A DNA stretch of 63,979 nt, the filler included, from Porpidia crustulata (lineage: Eukaryota): NCBI GenBank assembly GCA_964255105.1. It is 4 parts of 4 records of this genome, joined end to end, with 100 filler letters (N's around TTAATTAATTAA, not from the genome) between each part and the next. Parts side by side here need not be neighbours in the genome. Positions count along the whole stretch, not along the records: positions 1 to 15,992 come from CAXUWE010000276.1; 3 more parts are not named here. One strand, written 5' to 3'. Position numbers and translations under genes: made by a program. Shown one piece after another: positions 1 through 15,110 of this stretch (within the stretch, counting starts at the first letter, position 1; every line of letters starts with the position of its first letter). The notes beneath the pieces are model-generated. The model did not search any database and had not been told where the DNA came from. It saw only the letters and a list, made by a program, of their open reading frames with translations.

Positions 1-540
1 ATGATGGGGGATGATGGTGGTTGAGCGGATGGTATCCGGAGCTCTGATTTCCGGGGGCTACAAAGTCCTCGATTATACTCCGCTGTACATTCTGCTGGAT
101 AATATTCTGCCAAAGTGGCAGAAATCGCAGAATCTGATCACGTCCTGTTCACGAATTCGCAAATTACGACACATACAAGGTCCCCGGCGAAATGTAAAGA
201 GCAGCCGGGCCGATATCATGTGCGGTTACGGGATGATTACAACGTCCTCACGCCAATCGTATATTCGACAAAATCTCCCCCAAATTACCCTTGCCATTGA
301 TCCTGCACATTCTGGTCCCGCGACAGTCAAGCCCCTCCTCTCACTGGCAGCGTATTCTCCAACAGTGGCGTATGTTAAAACCCCACCATCCCTATTCCTT
401 TGGCGGCCATCGCATACACAGCCATCGTCGAGCGATTGAGCCACGCGAAACGACGAAAATCAAACACCACCCCATGCTATTCGTGTATTTCGTAGCGAAA
501 AACTCCGGGTTATGCATTGTGTTCTTTCAATCTTTCCTCC

Positions 541-1545
541 CTACATCAACATGGCCATCCCGACCGCCCCACCAACCACGCACAGAATCTCCACTTTCAT
601 ACCGCCCGTCCGCGCCGCCATGGCGGTTTGCAGCCCCGGGCTCGAACTGGCGGTTCCGCTCGCACTTCCGACGCCCGCGGTCCCGCTTGGCGTTGCCCCA
701 GTGTCGCCACCCGCCGTGATCAAGGTGACGGCGGTGACGGTGGATTTCTGGCCGTTGGGGAGGGTGGTGGTTTGAACCACGAGACTCGTGTGCGAGGATT
801 GGACGGCTTTGGTTGTGGAGGCGCCGGCGGAGGATGAGCTGCCAGAGCCGGACATGGTACGGGAGCCGCCGCCGATAGTGCTGACAACTGTGACGCCCGC
901 GGCATTGACGGTGGTTACGACGGAGCCGGCAGATAAGGTGCTGACGACAGTGACGCCCGCGGCGTTTGTGGTCGTGACGACGGCTCCGGCACTTAAGGAG
1001 GAAGGTGCAGATGATGAACCGGCGGAGATGCTGCTGGGGGCTGCGGAGGATGATCCCTGGGCTGGATTTGAGGTTACGCTGGAGGGTGATCCTGGAGCGG
1101 ATGAACTTCCGTCTGTTGCTGCGCTTGGGCTAGAGCTAGAATCGGAGCTTGAAGAGCCGGGATTTAGTGGAACAGGCGTCACGATAGGTCCCAACCCTTG
1201 AGTGGTGGTGGTGGAAGCCGAGGGGGCGGTGCCATTGCTGACATCTGGGGTCTGCCGCTTTGCTATCGAGACAATAGTTGTGGCTAGAGGGGCGTTGTCT
1301 CTATGGATGACCTCCACCGCAGTACGGTCCTCTGGGAACATGCCATGTTTGAATTTCTTCGGGGAGAAATCGTGAAGAGCTGCGTGGAGGGACGGAGGGT
1401 CGACCTGGTCTAGAAGCCTCTGGAGCTCTTCTAGATCTGAAGCTTCGTCCTTGCCGTATGGTCTTGGATATGTTGGTCCTGCGACGACGCAAGTGAGAAG
1501 GGAGAGGAGGATGGAGGCGGAGAAGAATTGGGATAGTGGGACCAT
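541..1545 (-). CDS. Secreted Ser/Thr-rich protein, probably GPI-anchored cell-wall protein
   Basis: 334-aa ORF with N-terminal signal peptide (MVPLSQFFSASILLSLLTCVVA), KR dibasic site, long S/T/A/G-rich stalk and a hydrophobic C-terminal tail. Confidence 0.8.
   Translation of the reverse strand: MVPLSQFFSASILLSLLTCVVAGPTYPRPYGKDEASDLEELQRLLDQVDPPSLHAALHDFSPKKFKHGMFPEDRTAVEVIHRDNAPLATTIVSIAKRQTPDVSNGTAPSASTTTTQGLGPIVTPVPLNPGSSSSDSSSSPSAATDGSSSAPGSPSSVTSNPAQGSSSAAPSSISAGSSSAPSSLSAGAVVTTTNAAGVTVVSTLSAGSVVTTVNAAGVTVVSTIGGGSRTMSGSGSSSSAGASTTKAVQSSHTSLVVQTTTLPNGQKSTVTAVTLITAGGDTGATPSGTAGVGSASGTASSSPGLQTAMAARTGGMKVEILCVVGGAVGMAMLM
871..990. repeat. Intragenic 60-bp tandem duplication (2 copies)
   Basis: Encodes AGAVVTTTNAAGVTVVSTLS / AGSVVTTVNAAGVTVVSTIG in the cell-wall protein. 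Confidence 0.85.
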
Positions 1546-2619
1546 TATGGGCGGATTGGTTTGTTAATAATTAAGGCTATGGATGATGAGTTAGATTTGA
1601 TGGCTCTTCACTTATGATTGTAAAGATAGTGAGTGAGTGGAGGGTTGGTGCGTGGAGGTAGGGTGGTACGTCTTGCACACCGAGCAAGCTCTTGTTTCAC
1701 AACGGCTAGGCGTGCTAAGCGGCGAAGATGACTTACAAGTGGAAGGCCCTATTCAGCCTATGGTGAACAGCAATTTCCAGCCCCGAGCGACTCAATCGCT
1801 ACCTCCAAACCAAGATTGACGGATTACGTAACGAACGAACCAACAATGCTGTGAAAAGATTCAAAGAATGGGGTAAAAGCGGAGGTGACGATACCAAAGA
1901 CGTTTCTACAGGGTCTCCAATTAGGCGCTTCTAGTTGCAGCACAGCGATTACCTAACCAACGAACCGTTCAAGCGTCCCCTCCGACAGGAATTGTCACGG
2001 AAACATTTGACATCAATATAGTTGAAGCTGAATACGATGGTAGAGGACACGAGAAGACGAGGTCAGATGATGGGAGAATTCTCGTATGTTTATTCGCGCC
2101 AACGACCCGTTGAATGTTTTCTATTTTGGGCCATACTGATTAAATCGCCGATCACTATGACGTGGAATCTCCATCTTAGGAAAACTGGATCCCATGAAAC
2201 ATGTTTAATCGCCATATTCGGAAATCCAAACAGATTACTACACAAGGATCATTCCTAGCGTCACAGGATCATTGATAGACAATAATCACTATGATAGATG
2301 CCTAGAGTAGGAAGTGTTCGAGACACCATGTCTTACAGCTGCTTTTGCATCCACTCACTTATATTACGTCTAAATACACATGAATTGAAGATTACGTGCG
2401 GATGAAATGGCCGTGGTCGACGAACAAGGCGGTCTGACTCAACGACCCTGTTGAGGCCAAGGTTGGTGGCAGACCACAATCGAAAGCGGGTCGCTCAGAT
2501 CCTAATAGACCAAATATCCTATGAAATGGGGTATCCCACCAACTCAAGTTCCACCGACCCTGTACATTCTGTAGCAATCGAAAGGATATGAACTACGCAT
2601 CCACCACCCGCCGAGGAGA

Positions 2620-5510
2620 CTAGAGCTTGGCCCCGGTTTGATTCTCCCCATCCATCTTGTCCTCTCTCTGTACGTCCGTCGACCGGCCACGTGAACGCTG
2701 TCTCTCCTGCGCCATCGCCGACAGGCTTTGCTTGCTGGTACCGTGTTCGTTGTTGTCGTGAGGCGGGCTTTTGGTGCGCTCTTTCTCCGCCTCGCGCTCT
2801 TTTCGCTCCTCCTTGGCTTGGGCAACTTTGGCCTTGAACCAGCCTATCGGCCCCTTTTTTTCTGTCGTCTCTTCTTTTTCCTTAACCGCTTCCTTCTCTT
2901 TAGCAGGGGTGGAGTCGTTACTTGACGTTTGAACGGTTGACACTGTCGAGGGTTCGGTACCAAATGGTTGAGAGTCGGTTGTAGCCGACTTGTGTGGCTT
3001 GTTAGAACTACCCACGGTGCTGGTACTTTGTTCAGCAATCGCGTTAGAGCCGACTCTGGAAGGATTTGGAGAGACAGCAGCAATGTCGCCGGTTTTCTTC
3101 GTGGAAGATGATAGCCGCCAACGGTGCCTCTTCTCCGTCCTTCCGTTCTTCGAAGCAGGATCATCGGTGTGGTCGGTTTCGGACTGATCTGTATGTTCTG
3201 TAATCGAACCTCGAGAACGATTGGAATGAGTGGGCGACTGCGGCTTCAGAGTCTGGTCGGAATTGTGATGAAGTTGACTTTCAGGTGGCATGTTCCTGGT
3301 CTGTTGGTCCCCACCCAGGTGCGGTGCTGTTTCGATAACAGGCGTTGCGTCTGTATTGTACAGACTGGGGGGCAAGTTGTTCATCGGATCCGTCTTCACT
3401 TGAGTACTGACGCCGGGCGTAGGCATGGGCGTATAAAAGGCCTGATTCTGTGGAGATTCTGGTGCAGCATGTAATGAATTGGCAGAACTTTGAGCACTGG
3501 GATTTGAGCTTCCTGGGAGGCGTTTCTTTCGAAGCTTGTTGGGTGCTCGGCTCTCTTTACGCTCATCATCGCTCTTGGGCGCTTTAACAAAAAACCCTGA
3601 CACCTTTCGTTCTTTAGGCGGCGTTCCGATGATGGTCTGAGCACCGAAAGCTGGTGATGGTGGCTCGAGACGGGAACTCTCCACGGGAATCAAAAGCTCT
3701 TTGCTTTGACCTCCAACGGCAGATTCGGTGACCGTGGCAAGGCTCGACGGAGCTTCAGCAGTAGGGGTGACTGACGATGCGGTAGATGATGACCGTCCCT
3801 CAGAATTAGATTGTGCCTGAGCTAATCTAGAATTTGGCGATGACATCGGCGTAGATGGGGAAAGATATCCGCCTTGTGCAGGCCCGGCCAGTGCCACTGT
3901 AGGCGAGTCCGACTGCCTATTGAACCGAGAGGAGGGAATGCTTGGGGATCTCTTTGAAGGCAGAGTATTACTCCTTTGGACGCCACCAGCTATGTTGACA
4001 GATCCATGAGGGCTAGCTGGACTTAATGGAACCGGACTCGGAGCGTTCGTTGAATTTTTGGAGGTTTTGGAGGAAACAGAAACGTTTCTCCGAATGCCGC
4101 CAAACTTGCGAAGACTATCTGCCCCAGCGCTCGCATTCGAAGCTGATCTACCAAGTGCAGCCTTTACCATTGAAGGAGAGCTAGGTTGCCGATTTTGAGC
4201 GCTCGTCTGAATCTCTTTGACAGTCTTCTCGTCGGCCGCTGTGCCACTCATGCCAATCAGGAAACTATCCTGATTGTCGATAAGGAAGATCACGACGTCC
4301 TGACTCAGGCGGTATTCTTGAGGGATCATGTCGTGGGCAGGATGCGACAGCATACCAGGCTGGAATATCGATGCAAGGTTGCGTGAGGTCATGCGATTTA
4401 CGTCAGACTTGGACGAAAACACCGCGAGAAGGTCGAGAATGTAGAGAAGCAACTGTCGGTTGAGGGAGGGTAATTCCGTTATTAGTTGTTGATACGTCAG
4501 AATCGCTTGCTTGCTATCAAAAGTACCCGCGGTCTGAACTTGCGCCTCCGCCTCGTTGTCTCCAACAGCTTGGACCTGATGACCTCTGAGAGGATCTCGA
4601 AACTTCTCATAATAGTCCAGAGGTACGATAGGTTGCGGTAATTGGTTGAGGTACCGCCGAAGGATGTTGGCGGCATCATGCACGGTATATCCAGTCCAAT
4701 CGAGACCCTTCCCGTAGCGATCTGGAGAATCAAAAACGGCCTGTAATTCTTTAATACGTTTCGCTGCACCGCTTAACCGAAATATGCCTTCGACATCCGT
4801 AGCTGATCGGCGATCACGAATTAGCACATCCCTCCTAGCAGAGACAATGGAGTGGAAGCACCAACCCTTTTCTTTTAAGAATACACCACATTTGGCTACT
4901 ACTATTGGTACATATCCGTATACAAAGGTTTCTCCATGCTCGTCCGTAAGAGAGATTGCGACATTGGCGTAAGGAATGCTGTCCTGAAGAGAGACACCGA
5001 AGATTCCACTTGGCGCTTGCTCTGCTGCTGTTAGATATGTTAGCTGTAATTATTAAAGATGGCATTGGTACATTAGATAAAAACACGTAATAAACGGAAG
5101 AAACAATTTCGAAATACGAGCTTTTAATAGAAATGAGTCAGCTGTAACAAAAAGTGAATGACAAATTCTTCAATGAAATAGGGGTAAATATGGATTCGCA
5201 GATATAGGCCAGGCTGCAGACATGTGAGACCATTGGCATTCATGTGAAGAGTCCAAGAAAACCATGACATTCGAGAGAAAGCGCATTTAGCAGATGTGAA
5301 GGGCAAATGTTGATGATAGCTAGACAAAAGGTCAGACGAATGAGATATCTTACCCTTCTCTTCTTCCTTCTTAGTATTCTTCTTGAACTGCTTCCACCAC
5401 GAAACTAGATCACGCTTGGTGGTAGGTGGCGAAGCAGCTTGTATTGCCACCGTTGGCTGCTGAAAAGTTTGCTGGGCGGACGGCGTATGAGGGAGTCTTT
5501 CCGTTGCCAT
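2620..5510 (-). CDS. SAC7: Rho GTPase-activating protein, Sac7/Bag7-like (3 exons)
   Basis: Spliced model: MATERLP...WWKQFKK / GIFGVSLQDSIPYANVAISL...YGYVPIVVAKCGVFLKEK / ATDVEGIFRLSG (arginine finger)...NRMTSRNLASIFQP. Intron 1 is 5028-5353; intron 2 is about 4804-4865. Long S/P-rich C-terminus. Confidence 0.88.
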
Positions 5511-6561
5511 CTTGATCGTGATCCTGATAATTCGAGAACCCGTATAGTGGTGCGCGAGTCAAGGGAGTGTGAGATAGCTAGGTTGTCCTTCTATGGACGA
5601 TCTCTTGGAATAGAATCCGTTCGTACTTCACAATACTAAAGGTGCTGTAGCCCCGGGCATTCCCCTGGAGCCTGTCGGCCTATCTCTGTAAGTCACGGTA
5701 TGAAGAAAACAGGCTCGTAATTTTCTCCACGTATGCGCCCAGAAACCACTCTTATTTCAATCCCGTCTTGAAAGAGATTGATCTATTATTTAACCGCGAG
5801 GCGCCGACTTCTTGACAGAACCCTTTTATCTACTGTATGACCGTTGTGCCCGTAGTTCGTTGCTGCACTGACCCCACTAGACTCAAGTACTTTATTTATT
5901 TGTAGCTGTGATGCCCTGAAATGCGTCTGTATTGGCTGATAGATGGATGCTTTGCTGGCCGGCTACGCCAAATTGTTATTCCTCTCTAAAATTAGGCAGT
6001 GATCCAACGGGTGAACCAAGGCCAATGAGCGATCTTAGTAAGTAGTGACAAGCAATCAAATCGAGGTAAATGTAGGAATATTGCCAGCTTGATAATATTG
6101 CTGCGACAGCTTTTGCTGAGCGGGTGCTTGAACAATACGCGAGCTCGAGGCACCTCGTGGGCAGCGTGGTATGGGAGCCTCTGTCGCGAAACAAACGATG
6201 GACAGGAACTAGGAATCGCCGGATAATGCGCGCGATCTAGGTTCGCTGGTATGCATACGAACATGTAGGACTGTTGATCAGAGCTGCGCACTGAGCCGGG
6301 CCCATGTCGTGAAGACAATGTGTAAAACGGAAGTTCAGTGTGTAATGGTTGGACAAGGAGCAGTGGTTATGGAATGACTGTCAGCTTTGGAAGAATTGCT
6401 CGAATGGTCGCCTTCGCTTACCGTATCTCGTGGGGTCCGCCCTGTGACATCTAGACCTTCATCGGCACATATAGAGAAAAACATTCTCAACGTGAGACAC
6501 GAGTACGGACCGCCCAGTCTTCCTTCTAGACCTATTGCCCAGCTTGGGATTTATCCTCAAC

Positions 6562-7004
6562 ATGGACAAGTAAGTTTCCCGCAACTCTGTTTTGAACTTC
6601 TGCAAGCTATTGGCCGCTGACCTCTTGCTTCAGTCTCAACGCGTCAGAGCAGCGTGAACTGCAATCAAGGATGGAGAAAAAACAGATGAAAGAGATGATG
6701 ACTGTAAGTTTGCTTTTGATGCAGCTATCTTCACTGGCTGAGATGGCTTGCAATGCTCAGCATTCCCTGCTTTTATTGAAATTTCTCTGATCCGTACAAT
6801 ACTCCTTAGATGTACTCCAAGCTTGTACAGACATGCTTTGACAACTGTATCAATGACTTCACCACCAAGTCACTCCATTCAAGAGAAGAAAGCTGCGTCA
6901 TGCGATGCGTGGACAAGAGCTTGAAAGCACAGGAGCGTCTTGGGCAGCGGTTCCAAGAGCAAAATACCGCCATGGCTCAGTCAGGACAACTTCCTGGTAG
7001 ATGA
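6562..7004 (+). CDS. TIM9: Mitochondrial intermembrane-space chaperone Tim9
   Basis: Exons 6562-6569, 6634-6703 and 6810-7004 give [48 protein letters not shown]...SCVMRCVDK, with a twin CX3C motif. Confidence 0.93.
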
Positions 7005-8129
7005 GCAGGCGGGCTGGCTCAAGCGACGTCGACATCAGATTACAACCCATAAACGAGACGGCGACTTCACATGGGTCAGGGAACATCGACGAGTGGGGTC
7101 CATCAGCGCATGTTGGGCCTTGCGGATAGCCCTACTCATATTGTTGCGTACTCCAGGAGTCCGATACTCCCTTTTATTATCTGTCGCAAGGATGAGTCCT
7201 GGACAAGCATAGAGGCGTTAAAGGTCAGCTTCTATGAAGTATATGCACTTCCCAAATGGAACTAGGGTCACAGCTGATTATCATATCTCTCCTCAATGAT
7301 GAAATGTATAATCCCCCTGCAATGCAATCCGAACTCTTCAAGGAAATGAGGTCCCAATCAATATCTGTGCAGCCATCTATCTGCGTCTGATACCAAGAGA
7401 TCCATGTGAACACTGCTAGTCGTTGACGGTGCGAGGCATGAGTTAGAGAAGAGCACTGACGCTGAAGAAAGAGGATGCAAAAATGGTACTGCTTGCCGCT
7501 TGTCTCCTCAAGTCCATCAAGCCAGCGTCTTGTGAGATTGTCATCTCGAGAATCTCAAGTATTGTGCTTTCTAGGGGCCATAGTGTAGGGTTATCTACGA
7601 TAATCACTATGTTTTCCTATTCAAGACCAAGGACGCGATAATGCCATTTTCAATGAACTAATCTGCCATTCTCATATCCCACTCCCACAGGTAAGGAATA
7701 AAGTCTCCTACCATCAGGTAGACAGCTACAAACATTAATTCATCCTCGTTTCAATTGCCGCACAAAAGACACTCGGCATTGAGTTCGAATTTCAAATTAC
7801 CTTTGAAATACTTCTCAAGGTGATACATCAGGTTTTACAAATATCATGATGAAGATCTTATGCCTTTATTCGTGGCTCAGGTGTTGGCACATTCATTTCT
7901 TATATTCTTACTGTTTTCGTTGGCGGCCTTCTGGAAGTTTGTAAATCTAATGGCGATTTTTCCCGGGAGTCACTTAACCCCGCACCGTCATCGTTACGAT
8001 GCATAGTGTGGAAAGCATCTGGTGGGACATTTCATAGATTTCTTCCTCCATATTCTGTTCGTCTTCATAGTTACCTATATTACTACTCAGACTTCTTAGA
8101 ATCTACCCCAGACTCATAACTCGAGCATC

Positions 8130-9634
<1,505 letters not shown>

Positions 9635-10485
9635 CTACAGCCGGACCGAAGCCGACTCTAGGACAGCGTACGTCCTGCCTCACATGTATGTTCGTGTTGT
9701 ACATATGGATACTTGTAATGCTCAGGATGAGATATGAAGAAAGCGTGTAAATGAAAGCCACGGGTCACTATGCCTCCAATGTCTCGGGGCATCTTCACTA
9801 TGTCTCGGATTCAGAGTCAAAAGAATGAAGTCAGCCGGATAGCTTCAACATCCAGTCAAAGACACTTTTCGCACCATGAATCAATAAAGACCATCTCGAT
9901 GCCGAAGCGTCCCTCGCAATCTTCAACTCGGTATTCAATTTTGCTTTTGTGTGTAAAGTATTGCGTAGCTCCTTACTTACCAGACGGAGTAGGTAGTGAG
10001 CGGACCGATCCCCGGACCACGTTCTAGCCTGCTGGGTCCTTGCAGAGGGGTTTATGCAGCTTCTACTGGCTGGCACACCGTCTTCCCTGCACGGTGAAGT
10101 TTGACTTGGTCAAAGCTTGATTGAAAGGCATGCGACAAAGCGGCATCTGACTCGTGCCCCGATCTCCAGTCCAACGTGGACCTTTCCGGAATTGCTTACG
10201 TTTGCAATAATTGCGCTACAGCTCATGTCTACGACACCGCCACCATCACCTACCTACTTCACTGATGCTTCGTGACCTTTCGCCATTTCATCTATCTAAC
10301 TTTTACCCATTTCAGTCAGCATTCGAAGAACTAGAATTCCTGATACACTTACAGCGCCTATATCTAGTCCATATTCTCTTCCTTTTATACTGTTTCTACA
10401 TCTATCTATCGGCTTAATCTACAACGTCCCAATATCTACAACTTCGTCCGACCATCCTCAAATCATCTAAGCTATTTCCATCATC

Positions 10486-11054
10486 ATGCAAACCTCAAGA
10501 TCCACGCCTGACGCTTCGATACACTCAACAATAGAGACTGCGGAACCTTATCAAATCTTCGTTAAGCTGCTTTCCGGAGAGAGTACGACTATTCCCTTCC
10601 CCACTTCATTGCTCAAATTAATCTTCCTCCAGTCATCCCTCTCGTTATCCCCTCATCAACTACCATCACCACCCTGAGACAACTTCTCTCTCTCCGTACC
10701 TCCATCTCTCCCACCGATCTACGCCTAGTGCACGCCGGAAAGCACCTGACTACATCTCCGAACACCTCGACCTTATCTTCGCTCAACATTGCGCCTTCTT
10801 CTACCATCCACCTCTCATTACCGATTCGTGGTGGCATGCCACCAAAGAAGATCCGATGTACCCACAAGGACTGCAAAGATCCTGCGCAACGTATTGTTGG
10901 GGACTGTAGTTTCTGCAATGGGCATTACTGCGGAAAGCATCGGATGTTGGAGGATCACAAGTGTAGTGGTTTAGAGGATTGCAAAAAGGAGAGCCACGAT
11001 CGAAACGCGGACAAGTTGAACTCTGAGAGGACCATGGTCGTAAAGGGTATTTAA
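10486..11054 (+). CDS. Ubiquitin-like domain fused to an AN1-type zinc finger
   Basis: Removing intron 10583-10632 joins YQIFVKLLSGE to ...LRLVHAGKHL...STIHLSLPIRGG, followed by MPPKKIRC..C..C..C..YCGKHRMLEDHKC (AN1 finger). Confidence 0.82.
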
Positions 11055-11570
11055 GACAGCCAGTCTTCCTGGGAATGGTAAACTGAATGCGATTTCCGAG
11101 AGCACACCAGATTCAGCGATATTTGCGTGCGCGTGTTGCGATTATTGTTCTCTCAATGCTCAAATTTAGCGACCAGCTTATTTAATGCCATGTATTTCCA
11201 CCAGCTATCGATAATGTCATTTTTTCCCATTACAAGGGCTATTTAACGATTCTTCGAAAATGTGTAATTCAGTCAACTGAAAATGTTGCTTTAAGTGACG
11301 ACCAAGCGTCTTGCTTTCCTGGACACATAGCCTGAAGAACAGCATAGGGACAGATTTATGACACATAGACCACGCGTTAATTCATCCCATGCTAAGCTCG
11401 TTAACATGTACACATTAAACATTTCATGAGACGGGTAAGTATCCAACGAATTGACAGACCCTAGGGACCGAAATACGCTAGATCAGTAATGCTCAGCCTT
11501 ACCACGTTAGAGCTCCTACCTACTGAGGTGCTTTCGAACTTGACAATTACAAGACGATGGATCTGTCACG

Positions 11571-12563
11571 ATGACCAGCCACTCTTCTACATCACGGAAG
11601 CTGATTCCTGCGTCACAGCCCATTTCCTTACTGTCCACCAATGAGGCCAATATTTACACCCATATTCATCCCATCCTCTTGCTGACCCTTTACTACATTC
11701 GCTTTCCCTCTCTCGTGGCTTCTCCTGTCCCAACGCTACTATCTTCCCTCGTCCCGCTCTCTATCCTTCAAGTCACATATACTGTGTTGTGTCTGCCTCC
11801 AACATCGAATGGCTCCAAATCTGGAAGCACGCACGCCAAAAAGACGAAGAGCAAGCGAGGACCTAACATAAAGAGTCATGCAGATATTGGGGCCAAGATT
11901 ATTGTGAGTATGCCTTTCGCTATTTGCTATGAGAATCTAGCTAAATCTTGCTCTAACTTATTAGCCTTCAATTCTTTCCTTAACCCTGACCATCACACTC
12001 GCTGCCCCGGTCCTTACCGTAATTATGGTATTGTTTGGTGCACCTCTGACCACCCATACGTCACATACTGCGCTTTGCGCGGCGCACATTGCATTGCTAT
12101 CTGTTCTACCTTTGTTCTACGTGTATGGGGTAGACGGAAAGATATGGAGAGAGATCATAAGCGCGAGCTTACCGTTTGATGAAGTCTGGGGGGGCTGTAT
12201 AGGCGGATTTGTAGGTGCCTGGCTGGGAGCTGTGCCAATTCCTCTGGATTGGTGAGTTTGACAGATTATTTCTACTGCAAGAAGAGATGGATAATGGAAG
12301 ATATTAGACCTGGAGACGGATACGAGATGATTGTGTGGAATCATGATGAGCTTGAGCTAACGTCGACTAGGGATCGCGAATGGCAAAAGTGGCCTGTAAC
12401 TATCGTCACTGGGGCGTATCTTGGGTACGCTGTAGGAAGACCTGTAGGGCAATATTTACTACGAGGAAAGAGGATTGAATTTGATGAGGTCGAATCTCCT
12501 CCAAACACTGTTGAAATACCCTCAGCGTTTGATAGTAGTGAATATCAAGACCAACCCTCTTAG
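11571..12563 (+). CDS. GPI11: GPI-anchor biosynthesis protein Gpi11 / PIG-F
   Basis: Exons 11571-11903, 11965-12251 and 12371-12563; signature [21 protein letters not shown]. Confidence 0.93.
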
Positions 12564-15110
12564 AGCGATACCCCTTGACTCAAGATTGACCGAATGGCAA
12601 CGATCTGTGTCCACTCTGGTTCTGGGGCCTGAGGGCCATGTTGGTGTACGGGTCTCATCCTTGGGACGTTCTACAACAGCCAGATATCGAGCATTCACAT
12701 CTTCAAGATTGTTTGCTTCTTGAAGAAAGTTGAGCCTAATAAGGCTACCATTCTATCCCGTACGGGCTACACTCAGTTGGACCCGATCATTCTTGAGGCA
12801 GGCATGATCTTAGGTAGACTTGCCGACAGCATAGGTGCGAATGGTAACCTTTTGGCTTCATCTCGTGCACAATTCCTCAGGCGTTTCTCCGGCTGTGAAC
12901 AATAAGGAAAGATATTTAGGTCTAATTTCAAGCATGTTGAATCTCTACATCACCCTAACGTCTTACGGCCACGGGTTCAAGTTGAAAGAAGCAAAAATAG
13001 CCCAAACAAGTAGGATAGCGGGAACAGAGCAATACGCTGTGGATACTTCGATTATAAAGAATAACAAAATCAGAAAGCAAATTGGAGTGATCTACATTCC
13101 TTCTGATTCCAAGGGAACAGGACTATAAAATCTCCCTGCTGCTTGGAGTACTCAGCAGAACACTCCGTGACTCCATGTAGGACTAAGTAATCAAGACTAG
13201 GGCTAGAGATGAAGTCTGTGTGCCAGATAAGGAGCCAGGCCTCGAACCAGAAAAGCTCGAATACGAACTACCGCCCTTGACCTTCGCTATGTATCACCGT
13301 TCTCCCTCCCATAGCCTCCCAGGCTATTGCACATTTACCCTCCCCCTGCTAATCCAAATTCTGCTTAGCTGACGCAGAAATTATGACCCTTCAGAAACAC
13401 ATCCCCGTGACATAAAGTCTGACGTTTGCGAGCAATGTCTGACTGTCGATGTAGAAGAATTCTATTTGAGTATCACCCCACGCTACTAGTTTGGAGCGGG
13501 CGATTGGGGAGTTAGAGAAATACTAGTTGGGGATATATATAGATTGACGGGGTTGATCAATGCGGGGAATTTTGGAGGGTGGGACAGTCGAGTTTTACAT
13601 ATAATCTGAGTGACGTGGTTAGGAGATTCACTGTGGAGATATGGATGGCGGTATTGAGACAAGTTCGGCGACAGCGAAAGCACGAGACAAGCACATTTTG
13701 GCCAGTCAGAAAGGGACGCTGAAAGTTGGGAATGACTCTCACAATTGTATGGAGAAATGGATGCCTTGCGTTCAGGGAAGATCGTCCTTGTAGGTTGAAA
13801 CTTGCTTACGGTGAAAGGGGTCGAGCAGAGGCCTGTATAGAATATACCAATAATATAGAGCCTTCCATCTTGAAATCTTGTGTAGTTTAGTGGCTGAACT
13901 AGCAATCGTTCTGGTAAAGATAGTGCAGCGTGTGCAGGTCTGAGAAGAGAAGGCCCTATTTAACTTGCCCGTGTCCATGTTTGAGAAAAAGCAACGCACC
14001 TCCAGTGTAGGACTTGGATGTGTACGTATGGAAATTGACATGGATCAGAAATACCGAATTAGGAAGTGCTATTTCGTGGTCGAGCGATAACCATGCTCGA
14101 GATAGGACTGCTACTAGTAGACCAGATATGCCACCGTTTGCAAGATGAATAGATTGCGACATCTGCCTTCGCGAATTGCACGACGACTGCCGTCACCCTC
14201 AAGTATTTCACGCTTCATGATCATCGCTTTTCCAATTGCTGAGTGCATCACGTTGTCCAGTCAGGTTGACGACATGGCGCAAGCCCTCGACGCCTTTTCC
14301 GCGCACTCGAAAGTAGGCTATCAGACCGGCACGTTTCGGATCCTGGCAGATAGCGCTCGCTCCAACAGGCAACCAGAGACCCAATTGTCAGCTGCGCAGG
14401 TGATATATAGTAGCTATGCAGCTCCAGTACTTCGTACAGCTGAGGATGCATGGATATTGGCTTGGTCGTCCGACAAAGTTGGGAAACGCAGAAGACTAAT
14501 AAATGTCAAACAGAGCATGTCACATAGAGAATGCAGCGAGTCGAGGAGTGCTTGTTCTTTCGAGTCGCATAAAGCACATTGCATCATTGCGCATCCTCTA
14601 ATCTCAGCCGTTTTAGGCTTCGTTAGTCACTACCTATTATGGACACCCACACTGCTTTCGGCAATCCGGCTCACTTTCGCTGCTTTTGATTCGTCGACGT
14701 CTTCTTCGGTACGTCCTCCATCCGGCATCAGATTGTCAGAATTGAGGCGCCAGTGGAAGTAGTGAAGGCTTTAGGGCTTTAGGCGCATGTAGGACGACGT
14801 ATCGCAGTTGCGGTACAAACGAAGGTACATACCAAGGTACCTTTAGTTCTGTACTTTCTGATTGCTGCTGCAAGTAGAGCAGGCAGTAGTCATTTGTCCC
14901 TCTAGTTGATTCTGTGCATAATCCAAATCCTATTCACTCTAATCGCATGAGCTGGTCTCTGCTCCTGCTACATATCACTTCCTGTACAAGACATAGATTG
15001 ACCGTCTTCTACATCTGTCCAAAGCCTTACTCAGTGTCGATCATTCTGCCTAGACCGTACCTATCCAACTCAAAGACCATCACTTTGACAGTCGCACCAC
15101 AGCTTCAACC

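Noticed and set aside
1..444. ORFs at the start of the window
   Set aside because: Overlapping short ORFs on both strands with no recognisable protein features.
7779..7795. tRNA T-arm-like hairpin TTGAG-TTCGAAT-TTCAA
   Set aside because: No acceptor stem, D arm or anticodon arm can be built around it.
12600..14800. Several 60-205-aa ORFs between GPI11 and PGC1
   Set aside because: No recognisable motifs and no consistent spliced model; a decayed gene cannot be excluded.
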